Shown: one piece after another, positions 9,693-17,438 of the stretch
Numbering within the stretch: position 1 is the stretch's first letter
How the letters are laid out: the number at the start of each line of letters is the position of its first letter
Source of the DNA: Acidimicrobiaceae bacterium
GTDB lineage: Bacteria; Actinomycetota; Acidimicrobiia; Actinomarinales; Actinomarinaceae
Direction: 5' to 3'
DNA: 37,344 bases
NCBI GenBank assembly: GCA_028344675.1
Contig: JAOMBT010000006.1
Span: 1-37,344 of the forward strand
Program-made: the position numbers and the translations under genes
Notes under the pieces: model-generated
Seen by the model: the letters and a program-made list of their open reading frames with translations, nothing else
What the model was told of the DNA's origin: nothing
The model's database searches: none

Positions 9693-10179
9693 AATACAAC
9701 AATGCTAGGAATATTGTTAAAAATCCTGTAGATGCCATGACAGGTATGCTAATAAATCCAAAAATATCTACATATTTTAAATTACAAGGAACATCGATTG
9801 CGCAAGAACCTCCTCCACCACCACCATTTTGCAAATATATATGATAAATACCAATACCAACACCAACTGCACTTAAATAACCGACTTTGATTACTGATTT
9901 GTTAAATAAACCGATTATTAAAAATAAAGCTACCGGATACATAAGATAACGTTGATACCAACAAAACTTACATGGAATAAAACCTACAACTTCAGAATAG
10001 ATTATGCTTCCAATTGAAGAAAAGACGGCAACACTAGTTGCAAAATTATAAAACTGGTCATTGATTAATTTTCTAAATCTTTTTTTTGTAAATATGAAAT
10101 ACAAAATTAGCGCACTTATGGCCCATGCAACAAAAGTGAAGAAACCAAAAAGTGTATTAAAAAAGATGATTAAATCCAT
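9661..10179 (-). CDS. dsbB: disulfide bond formation protein DsbB/BdbC
   Basis: PCKFCWYQR motif, second Cys pair SCAIDVPC and TM helices. Start set at ATG 10179 because the track's extension crosses the rhodopsin terminator. Confidence 0.88.
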   Translation of the reverse strand: MDLIIFFNTLFGFFTFVAWAISALILYFIFTKKRFRKLINDQFYNFATSVAVFSSIGSIIYSEVVGFIPCKFCWYQRYLMYPVALFLIIGLFNKSVIKVGYLSAVGVGIGIYHIYLQNGGGGGGSCAIDVPCNLKYVDIFGFISIPVMASTGFLTIFLALLYYDISRRETVE

Positions 10180-10194
10180 ATAGAATTTTACCTT

Positions 10195-10230
10195 AAAAAA
10201 AATGATAGGCGGACAAAGCCACCTATCATT
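10195..10230 (-). terminator. intrinsic terminator of the rhodopsin gene
   Basis: Minus strand AATGATAGGTGG-CTTTGT-CCGCCTATCATT (12-bp stem with one G-U pair) followed by a T run, 22 nt after the rhodopsin stop. Confidence 0.85.
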
Positions 10231-10252
10231 AAATTTTTGTTGTTGAAAAGTC

Positions 10253-10912
10253 TTAGACTTTTTCTCCTGATTTGATTCTTGCCATTCCAAGAACTAATAC
10301 ACCAAGACCAACTTTGTTAATAATGTCAGCCACTGTATAAAGTACTTCTCTGATAGCATCAAAATCACCAGCTACTGGAGCTAGATATCCTAAAGGATAT
10401 ATAATCCAGCCAATAAGTATAAGGTTTTTGATTTTCTCAAACTGATCTGCCTCTGCTCCTTTGAGTCCCATTCCTTCTGCTTGAAGGTTTCTCATCAAAT
10501 AAACATATGCAGCCATTGCTACAACAAACCCTACCCAGTATGCATCACTGCCTGCAGCTGATGTCTCACCATAGTATCCGCCACCAATCATTACGACAGC
10601 AGCCAATCCCCAGTTTCTAACTTTTTCGTTATATTCTGCACCCGAAGATGTTACGGCAAGTACCTCTACGAACATTAATGGTACTGTTAAGATCCAGTCA
10701 ACATACCTTAAACCAGTATCATATGATCCACTATCCCAAGATGCTCCCATCTTTTGGTAGTGATACCATGCTATACCAGTTACAAGAGCGGAGATATATA
10801 CTCCTCTTCTGTGTTTTGGATCAACTTCTCTTGATGATGCAAGTAAAAATACTGTACCAGCGAGCATACCCACTGTTGCAACCATAAAGAGTCTATAAGT
10901 AAGTTCAGCCAT
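10253..10912 (-). CDS. microbial rhodopsin, DTE-motif proton pump (marine actinobacterial clade/proteorhodopsin-like)
   Basis: RYVDWILTVPLMFVE gives D-T-E with Met at the PR-105 tuning position (green type); helix-B His in WYHY; retinal Lys in DIINKVGLG; SD AGGAG at 10922-10926. Confidence 0.96.
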   Translation of the reverse strand: MAELTYRLFMVATVGMLAGTVFLLASSREVDPKHRRGVYISALVTGIAWYHYQKMGASWDSGSYDTGLRYVDWILTVPLMFVEVLAVTSSGAEYNEKVRNWGLAAVVMIGGGYYGETSAAGSDAYWVGFVVAMAAYVYLMRNLQAEGMGLKGAEADQFEKIKNLILIGWIIYPLGYLAPVAGDFDAIREVLYTVADIINKVGLGVLVLGMARIKSGEKV

Positions 10913-10942
10913 TTTAGCCTACTCCTTTTGTTTAATATTACT

Positions 10943-10960
10943 TTGTGAATTTAATCACAG
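10943..10960. promoter_or_regulatory. palindromic operator TTGTGAA-TTTA-ATCACAG (perfect TGTGA-N6-TCACA; Rex/CRP-like) upstream of rhodopsin
   Basis: Lies between a candidate minus-strand -10 TAAAAT (10966-10971) and the SD. An extra half-site TTGTGAA is at 10986-10992. Confidence 0.7.
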
Positions 10961-11034
10961 AATATATTTTATTAACTTTGAGATTTTGTGAAGAATTAAA
11001 TAAAAATTTTTTAGAAATTTTTGTAACTTTATTT

Positions 11035-12525
11035 TTAAAGAGTAGTAACTTCTTTTGAAGTGTTTCCCCATTTTTCTAAGTAAGGCTTTAAATTAAATTT
11101 CCTTGCAGCTGAATCAGATGTCATGTATCTAATTTTTCCATATATTTCTCTTTCTGGACCCCATGCTCTGTCATATCTTCCTAAGACCCAGAAAACTCCG
11201 GAGTATGAATTAGGATCTCTTCCATCAAGTGCATATCGATCATTAAGTGTCATCATGTATGACAATGCCATTTGGGGATTAGGAGACCATTCCAGTATTT
11301 TTTTACCCCAAAGCATCCTTAAATAATTTTGAATAACTCCTTCTTCTCTCAACTGGTTTTGTGCTGCATTCCAAATTTCATCATGAGTTTCTGAAAAAGT
11401 TAATTGATCTAAGGAGTAAATATGTCTTCTATCATCTATCGTGTGCTCTTCAAGTGTTTTAACTGCCCACTCAGGTAAAGAAGAATATTGATTATAGTTG
11501 GCTCTTCTAACACACGTATGATACCCCAATTCTCTCCATGTAATTAATTCATCTAGAAAACTATCAAAATTGAGACTTCCACCCCACCATCCCTCTCTTC
11601 TGCCAACTAAATTTGGTTTAATTTGCTCTGGAGACCAAGACTCATGGTTAATTAATTTCTCAAATATTTCATGAGTTGATATATGACCATAGTGTAAATA
11701 GGGAGACATCTTACTACTTGCATTTTTGGATGGGTTGCTACTGTATTGTGCATAATCATTAAAACCATCTTTTAAAAAACTATCAAATTGTTTTGATGCA
11801 TTCTTGTAGCCGCCCTGAATTGAACTAATCTTTACGGTTTTGTCAATATTGAGTGAATTTAAAAATTTATCTATATCTGTATTCTTGAAATCAAATAACG
11901 GCCATTTTTTTAATGTAGAGGAAATCAAATTTTCAGTGAATTTTTTATTCAATCTTGATAATGGGAACTCATCGGGAATCTCTGTTATAAAGTCTTCTAA
12001 ATTTTTATGTAAGTACCGTCTAAAGTCATGTGCTCGTACGTATTCTTTAGGAGAAAGTCGAATGGGAGCTATTCCATTTGAGTCAACTAGTTCATACCTT
12101 GCAGATATTTCACCAGAAGCTTTAACAGTCATTTGGGGAACGAAATATGTAGGATAATCATCAGTAACAACTACTGATGCATTTCTAGCAAGATCTTGGA
12201 GAAGTCCATCTGCTTCGCCTGGAGAGGTCTCAATGAATGGATAGTAATAGGCCATTGTTTTTGATATCTCATCATTCATTTCACTCATTCCATCAAGCAT
12301 GAATTTATGAAAACGTAAACTTGACATTGGATAGTCTAAAATTAAAGGCTCTAATATAACTAATGGTTGAGAAAGCTTATTTGCCCACTCTACTGCTCGT
12401 TGAAGAGCATAGTTATATTTTGTTCTTTTAAAAGCAATAACCCAGTACACAACATATGAGGAGGAATTAATGTCTGGAGTAATTTCTTTTAAAGTAGTTA
12501 CTCGTGAAACAGGTACATTAGTCAT
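11035..12525 (-). CDS. phr: deoxyribodipyrimidine photolyase, class II CPD type
   Basis: YVVYW...R...NYAL, SKMSPYLHYG, DELITWREL, NYLRMLWGKKILEW, DGRDPNSY and GKIRYM are class II signatures. Confidence 0.92.
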   Translation of the reverse strand: MTNVPVSRVTTLKEITPDINSSSYVVYWVIAFKRTKYNYALQRAVEWANKLSQPLVILEPLILDYPMSSLRFHKFMLDGMSEMNDEISKTMAYYYPFIETSPGEADGLLQDLARNASVVVTDDYPTYFVPQMTVKASGEISARYELVDSNGIAPIRLSPKEYVRAHDFRRYLHKNLEDFITEIPDEFPLSRLNKKFTENLISSTLKKWPLFDFKNTDIDKFLNSLNIDKTVKISSIQGGYKNASKQFDSFLKDGFNDYAQYSSNPSKNASSKMSPYLHYGHISTHEIFEKLINHESWSPEQIKPNLVGRREGWWGGSLNFDSFLDELITWRELGYHTCVRRANYNQYSSLPEWAVKTLEEHTIDDRRHIYSLDQLTFSETHDEIWNAAQNQLREEGVIQNYLRMLWGKKILEWSPNPQMALSYMMTLNDRYALDGRDPNSYSGVFWVLGRYDRAWGPEREIYGKIRYMTSDSAARKFNLKPYLEKWGNTSKEVTTL

Positions 12526-12624
12526 AATTACTATTATAAATTCATCGGGAATGTATCTAGTGGATTACACCTCATTTTGATTTTAAAATAGTAAATATTT
12601 CGCTACAATTGAAAAGATTGAATT

Positions 12625-13800
12625 ATGGGTGCAATAAATATTACTGAAGTTGGAAAAATTTATCCCAATGGAACAAGAGCTCTTGAGGACGTAAACATTG
12701 AAATAAATGATGGGGAATTTGTAGTTCTTGTCGGTCCTTCAGGCTGTGGAAAAACTACATTATTAAGAATGGTTGCAGGATTAGAAGATATTACAGAAGG
12801 TGAAATCTCAATTGCTGACAAAGTTGTAAATGATGTAGCACCAAAAGATAGAGATATAGCTATGGTCTTTCAAAACTATGCTTTATATCCACACATGTCT
12901 GTTTATGACAATATGGCATTTTCTTTAAAATTACGTAAATTACCAAAAAGTGAAATTGAAGCAAAAGTAAAAGATGCAGCAAAAACATTAGAGATAGATG
13001 AACTTCTTGATAGAAAACCAAAAGCTTTGTCTGGCGGTCAAAGGCAGAGGGTTGCAATGGGTAGAGCTATAGTTAGAAATCCTCAGGCATTTCTTATGGA
13101 TGAACCTCTTTCCAATTTAGATGCAAAGTTAAGAGTACAGATGAGAGCTGAATTAGGAGAATTACATTCTCAGCTAGAAACTACTACTTTATATGTAACG
13201 CATGATCAGGTAGAAGCTATGACAATGGGTGATAGAGTTGCTGTAATTAGAAAAGGGGAATTACAACAGATTGACACACCTAGAGAAATATATCTATACC
13301 CAAAAAATATTTTTGTTGCTGGGTTTATTGGAAGTCCAGCAATGAATTTCGTTTATGCAAATATCGATGTTTCTGAAAAAGAAACAAAATTACTATTTGG
13401 TGATACAGAAATAGTAAGTTCACATGCACCAAAATCTTTAGTTGATTTTAATGATCAAAAGATTGTACTTGGAATTAGACCCGAAGCTTTTGAAGATTCC
13501 GTTTATGCAAATGATAACGAATTTACTGGACGAATAAACATAGATGTTTCCTTATTAGAGCAATTAGGTTCTGATACCTATATCCATTTTTACAAAGATA
13601 TTCCACCTGTGCAAACAAAAGCAATTGAAGAAATCCTAGCTGATGAAGGTGAAGATATATCTGCATTGGGTACCGAAACAAAGTTTATTGCAAGAATCAA
13701 TCCAAATGCAACAATTGAAGAAGGCCAGAATATCAATTTAGCGATTGATCCTTCTAAACTCCACTACTTTGATCCTGATACAGGACTAGCTATAGTTTAA
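12625..13800 (+). CDS. sugar ABC transporter ATP-binding protein (MsiK/MalK/UgpC family)
   Basis: GPSGCGKT, VFQNYALYPHM, LSGGQRQRVAMGRA, DEPLSNLDAKLR and a C-terminal OB domain. Confidence 0.95.
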   Translation: MGAINITEVGKIYPNGTRALEDVNIEINDGEFVVLVGPSGCGKTTLLRMVAGLEDITEGEISIADKVVNDVAPKDRDIAMVFQNYALYPHMSVYDNMAFSLKLRKLPKSEIEAKVKDAAKTLEIDELLDRKPKALSGGQRQRVAMGRAIVRNPQAFLMDEPLSNLDAKLRVQMRAELGELHSQLETTTLYVTHDQVEAMTMGDRVAVIRKGELQQIDTPREIYLYPKNIFVAGFIGSPAMNFVYANIDVSEKETKLLFGDTEIVSSHAPKSLVDFNDQKIVLGIRPEAFEDSVYANDNEFTGRINIDVSLLEQLGSDTYIHFYKDIPPVQTKAIEEILADEGEDISALGTETKFIARINPNATIEEGQNINLAIDPSKLHYFDPDTGLAIV

Positions 13801-15059
13801 ATTTCTTTATCTAGTTCATTTAATAATCGTTCAAGTGATTCTGGTCCCTGTTTAATATAATCAATTAACATTTTCCAAAGCAAATTTGCTCCAATTGGTC
13901 TTGCCATTATCTCTGAGGCATCATATCTAAACATATCCTTTTTCAAAGCATCATGAGTTATGTCAAATTGATAACTTGTAAGACTATTTTCAATAAATGC
14001 TCTGTCAAAATTCTTATTTGCAGATATAAATTCTGAATCATTTTTTTGTGCCCACACTTCACCAAAGTTTTTTGATAATAAACTCTGCATAGTTTTTATT
14101 GAAACTTCATTATTTTCTACTAAAACTAATGAATCTCCAATACCTACTAAGCTATTTTCATAAGTTACAGACGGTAACTTTATTACACCGAAATCTTTCT
14201 CATACTTGTATTCTTCAGGAATATAATATCTAAAATAATGGCCACTCCATGACAAGAAACAATCATTATTATTATTTAATAACACTCTCGGTAAGTTCCT
14301 AAATTCTATATTGAAAATTTCTCGATGACCATTCTCAATCATTGAGGGATAGAAAATAAAACTGCCTAAATCATTTAAAACTGAATAGATTTTTACATTT
14401 GCTGCTGCAATTTCTAATCTAGACCATTCATCATAGACCTCAGGACCTTGCGTTGTAAGGAGTAGGTCTTCCATCCAGTTTGTTTGAATCCAACCCGTTG
14501 AAGCTCCACTTTCTGAATTGGCACACCATGGAGAGATATTTTTATCTGCCAAATTTTTAGTACTATTTATAAGAGATTCGAAAGTTGTAAAATCAACATC
14601 GGGGTACTCATTTAATTTTGAGACATCAAACCAAATTAAAGAATTAGGAAATAGCCTCAACCATCCTGAATAAATATTCTTATTGTAGGAAACGATATCT
14701 TTTAGATGATTTGGGTAAAGTTCTCTTAAAGAAGTACCGTCAATAATAAGATTATCTAAACTGTAAATATTTCCTCTACTAGCTAAGTTGGTAACGCCTT
14801 GTGGATTAGGAATAATTGCTATTGAAATCTTTGAATTTTGATTGTTAATAATATAAGTTTCTGGATCTTGGACTTCTTTATATTGAATTCTAATATTGAG
14901 CTCTTTAGAAATGTTGACTAATTCTTCTTCAAAATACTCCTTATCATGAAATTCAGGACCAATTACAACAACTTCAGGTGGATTATAAGAAAAAAATGAA
15001 AGTGCTATTGTCACAATAATTGAGATTAGAAAAAATGTATATTTTATATTAATTCTCAA
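13797..15059 (-). CDS. divergent sugar ABC substrate-binding protein (AglE-like paralogue)
   Basis: Shares motifs with the 18743-20041 protein (PWCANSESGASTGWIQTNWMED, FRYDASEIM). N-terminal hydrophobic segment without a lipobox Cys. Confidence 0.75.
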   Translation of the reverse strand: MRINIKYTFFLISIIVTIALSFFSYNPPEVVVIGPEFHDKEYFEEELVNISKELNIRIQYKEVQDPETYIINNQNSKISIAIIPNPQGVTNLASRGNIYSLDNLIIDGTSLRELYPNHLKDIVSYNKNIYSGWLRLFPNSLIWFDVSKLNEYPDVDFTTFESLINSTKNLADKNISPWCANSESGASTGWIQTNWMEDLLLTTQGPEVYDEWSRLEIAAANVKIYSVLNDLGSFIFYPSMIENGHREIFNIEFRNLPRVLLNNNNDCFLSWSGHYFRYYIPEEYKYEKDFGVIKLPSVTYENSLVGIGDSLVLVENNEVSIKTMQSLLSKNFGEVWAQKNDSEFISANKNFDRAFIENSLTSYQFDITHDALKKDMFRYDASEIMARPIGANLLWKMLIDYIKQGPESLERLLNELDKEI

Positions 15060-15062
15060 AGT

Positions 15063-15956
15063 TTAATCCCATAGTAATGCAGCTCCCCTAACTCCACTAG
15101 AAGAGCCATGTAAAGCTTTAACAACAGGGGTGTGAAAAAAATCTGAAGCTAAATAAGGAACTATTCTTTTCGGAATTTCATTATATATTTCATCAATTTC
15201 AGACATTCCCCCACCACAAACAATTACATCTGGGTCAAGAATATTGACTACAGTACTGAGAGCCCTTGCAGCTCTTTCAAAATATACATTCATTATTGAA
15301 ACTGCCTGTTTTTCTTTTGTTCTGTATAAAGCAATAATTTCTTTTGAAGATATATATTTTTTAGTTATAAATTCAAAATAGTTTTCTAAACCAGGACCAG
15401 ACAAAAATACTTCAATAGCTCCAATTCTTCCACAATGGCGCTGCACTGATTTTTCATAATCATCCATTGGTCCAGGAATTGGATTTTGTCCCCATTCGCC
15501 AGTCAATTTATTAGGACCAACCACTAATTGGTTTCTATACGTAAAACCTGCTCCCACACCAGTGCCCATAATGATTGCAAATACTGAATCGTAATCCGCT
15601 CCTGAGCCATCTATTGATTCTGAAACTGCTAGACAATCAGCATCATTTGCAATTTTTATTTCAAAACCTAATAATGTCTCTAAATCATCTTTTACATTTT
15701 TTCCTTCTAGAACTTCTGTATTAGAAACCTGAACTAAACCGGTCTTTGGGTGTAATGAACCCGGCATGCCAATTCCAACAGTATACCTATCGAAATCTTC
15801 TGAAATATCTTCAATCAATTTCTGAACGGTTTGAAGAATTGAGCTATAACCGTCTTTGGGAGATTCAACTCTTTTTCGTTTTAATTCTTTACCCGATGAT
15901 GAATCAAGGCAGATTCCTTCTATTTTTGTACCGCCCCAATCAATACCTATTTTCAT
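15063..15956 (-). CDS. ROK family sugar kinase (Mak/fructokinase-like)
   Basis: GIDWGGTKIE, ANDADC, GTGVGAG, GEWG, GGGMS, SSGVRGAALLW; no HTH domain. Confidence 0.9.
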   Translation of the reverse strand: MKIGIDWGGTKIEGICLDSSSGKELKRKRVESPKDGYSSILQTVQKLIEDISEDFDRYTVGIGMPGSLHPKTGLVQVSNTEVLEGKNVKDDLETLLGFEIKIANDADCLAVSESIDGSGADYDSVFAIIMGTGVGAGFTYRNQLVVGPNKLTGEWGQNPIPGPMDDYEKSVQRHCGRIGAIEVFLSGPGLENYFEFITKKYISSKEIIALYRTKEKQAVSIMNVYFERAARALSTVVNILDPDVIVCGGGMSEIDEIYNEIPKRIVPYLASDFFHTPVVKALHGSSSGVRGAALLWD

Positions 15957-15957
15957 A

Positions 15958-16539
15958 TTATTTACTCAATTCAAAATTAATACTATATCTCTCTATATTA
16001 CTTGTGAAGATTAATTCTATTTCATTGTTGACATCTAGTTTTTGTATATTTGGAGCATCAGGATATAAACCTGCATAATCTGTAGCTACACCAACAAGAT
16101 ACTCTTCACCATTTTTCATAGAAATGTCTAAAAATCTAGCGTAATAGAAGTAGTTGTTGCATCTATCGTCAGACTCCTGTGATGGTTTTCCTTTGATAGA
16201 ATTTTTAAAATTACTCTGATGGTCTAAAAGCATAATAAATTCCCCAGGTCCATACTGATTCCAGCTAGGTCCTATACAGACTCCATTAAATTCACCCTCA
16301 TAACTCTCTCTAAACTTCATATCAAAAACTATTTGATATGAGTCAATCAGATCACCTTTTTTGGGGAAAGCTTGTATTACAATCTCAAGATTGTTTGAAT
16401 TGTCTTCATAAATATTTATTGAAAGTCTTGTATCTATATTTTCTTCAGGGTTGCTGGTTTCAATAGAATAGTTGTAGATTATTGGACTATTGCATGAAAT
16501 GAAAAGAAAAGATATTAATAAATATCGTAAAAGGATCAA
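15958..16539 (-). CDS. hypothetical lipoprotein
   Basis: Signal peptide ending FISC (lipobox-like). The TTG start overlaps the permease TGA, consistent with translational coupling. Confidence 0.7.
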   Translation of the reverse strand: MILLRYLLISFLFISCNSPIIYNYSIETSNPEENIDTRLSINIYEDNSNNLEIVIQAFPKKGDLIDSYQIVFDMKFRESYEGEFNGVCIGPSWNQYGPGEFIMLLDHQSNFKNSIKGKPSQESDDRCNNYFYYARFLDISMKNGEEYLVGVATDYAGLYPDAPNIQKLDVNNEIELIFTSNIERYSINFELSK

Positions 16540-17438
16540 CCCTTTACAGCCCCACCAATAAGACCTCTAATAAAAAAGCGCTGTAATCCAAAAAACACAC
16601 CTAGTGGAACCAAGATAGATATTATTGCTCCTGAAGTTCTTAAGTGCCAAGCTTCTCCAAATCTTCCAACAACAATTTGTGACATGTGTGAAGTCACGAC
16701 TAAGTTTTCTGGTTTATATATTCCAAGAAAAACATTAGCAACTAAAAAGTCATTGTAGACCCATAAAAACTGAAAAGTTGCAAAAGCAGCGATGCCTGCA
16801 ATAGATAATGGGAGAACAAGTTTAAAAAATGTTGTGAAATGTGAAGCTCCATCGATTTTTGCAGATTCAATTACACTTTTTGGCAAGCCCATCATAAAAT
16901 CTCTCAATAAAAAAGTTGCTAATGGCAATCCAAAACCCGTATGTGCAAACCAAGTAGCAACAAATGTTCCATTCAAATCAAGTGCAGGAATAATTGGTAT
17001 ACCCGCAATCTCAATGCCATCTTTAAAAAGCTGAACCAGAGGAATCAGTGACATTTGTAATGGAATTATCATTGAACCAACGACGAATAAAAATAATACA
17101 TTTTTACCTTTAAATTCCATAAAAGAAAAGGCGTATGCTGCAAATGCTGCGATTGTAATTGGGATAATAGTTGATGGTATAGTCACAGCTAAAGAATTAT
17201 AAAAAGACCTGTCTAAATTTTCAGCTCTAAAAACTTCTTGGTAATTGTTGAAGCTTAACTCAGACCAAATTGTACCTGTGTAAACGGCATCCCACCAAGA
17301 CGTACGTTTTATACTTTCACCCGGTCTAAATGAACTTAGCAAAAAACCAAATATAGGAAACATCCACGTGAGCGTAATTGATACAATTATGAGCTTGCTT
17401 ATTGGTTTGTCATACCATTTTTGATTACTTCTTGTCAT
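16536..17438 (-). CDS. carbohydrate ABC transporter permease (MalG/AglG-like)
   Basis: EAA loop IESAKIDGAS, FQFLWVYNDFL, C-terminal QRFFIRGLIGGAVKG. Confidence 0.94.
   Translation of the reverse strand: MTRSNQKWYDKPISKLIIVSITLTWMFPIFGFLLSSFRPGESIKRTSWWDAVYTGTIWSELSFNNYQEVFRAENLDRSFYNSLAVTIPSTIIPITIAAFAAYAFSFMEFKGKNVLFLFVVGSMIIPLQMSLIPLVQLFKDGIEIAGIPIIPALDLNGTFVATWFAHTGFGLPLATFLLRDFMMGLPKSVIESAKIDGASHFTTFFKLVLPLSIAGIAAFATFQFLWVYNDFLVANVFLGIYKPENLVVTSHMSQIVVGRFGEAWHLRTSGAIISILVPLGVFFGLQRFFIRGLIGGAVKG

Noticed and set aside
10180-10290. N-terminal extension of dsbB in the ORF track
   Set aside because: It overlaps the rhodopsin 3' end and its terminator; ATG 10179 gives a normal-length DsbB.
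10500-10545. Carotenoid antenna fenestration in the rhodopsin
   Set aside because: Manual alignment of helix E (WVGFVVAMAAY) places Phe, not Gly, at the xanthorhodopsin G156-equivalent position; by-eye alignment only.
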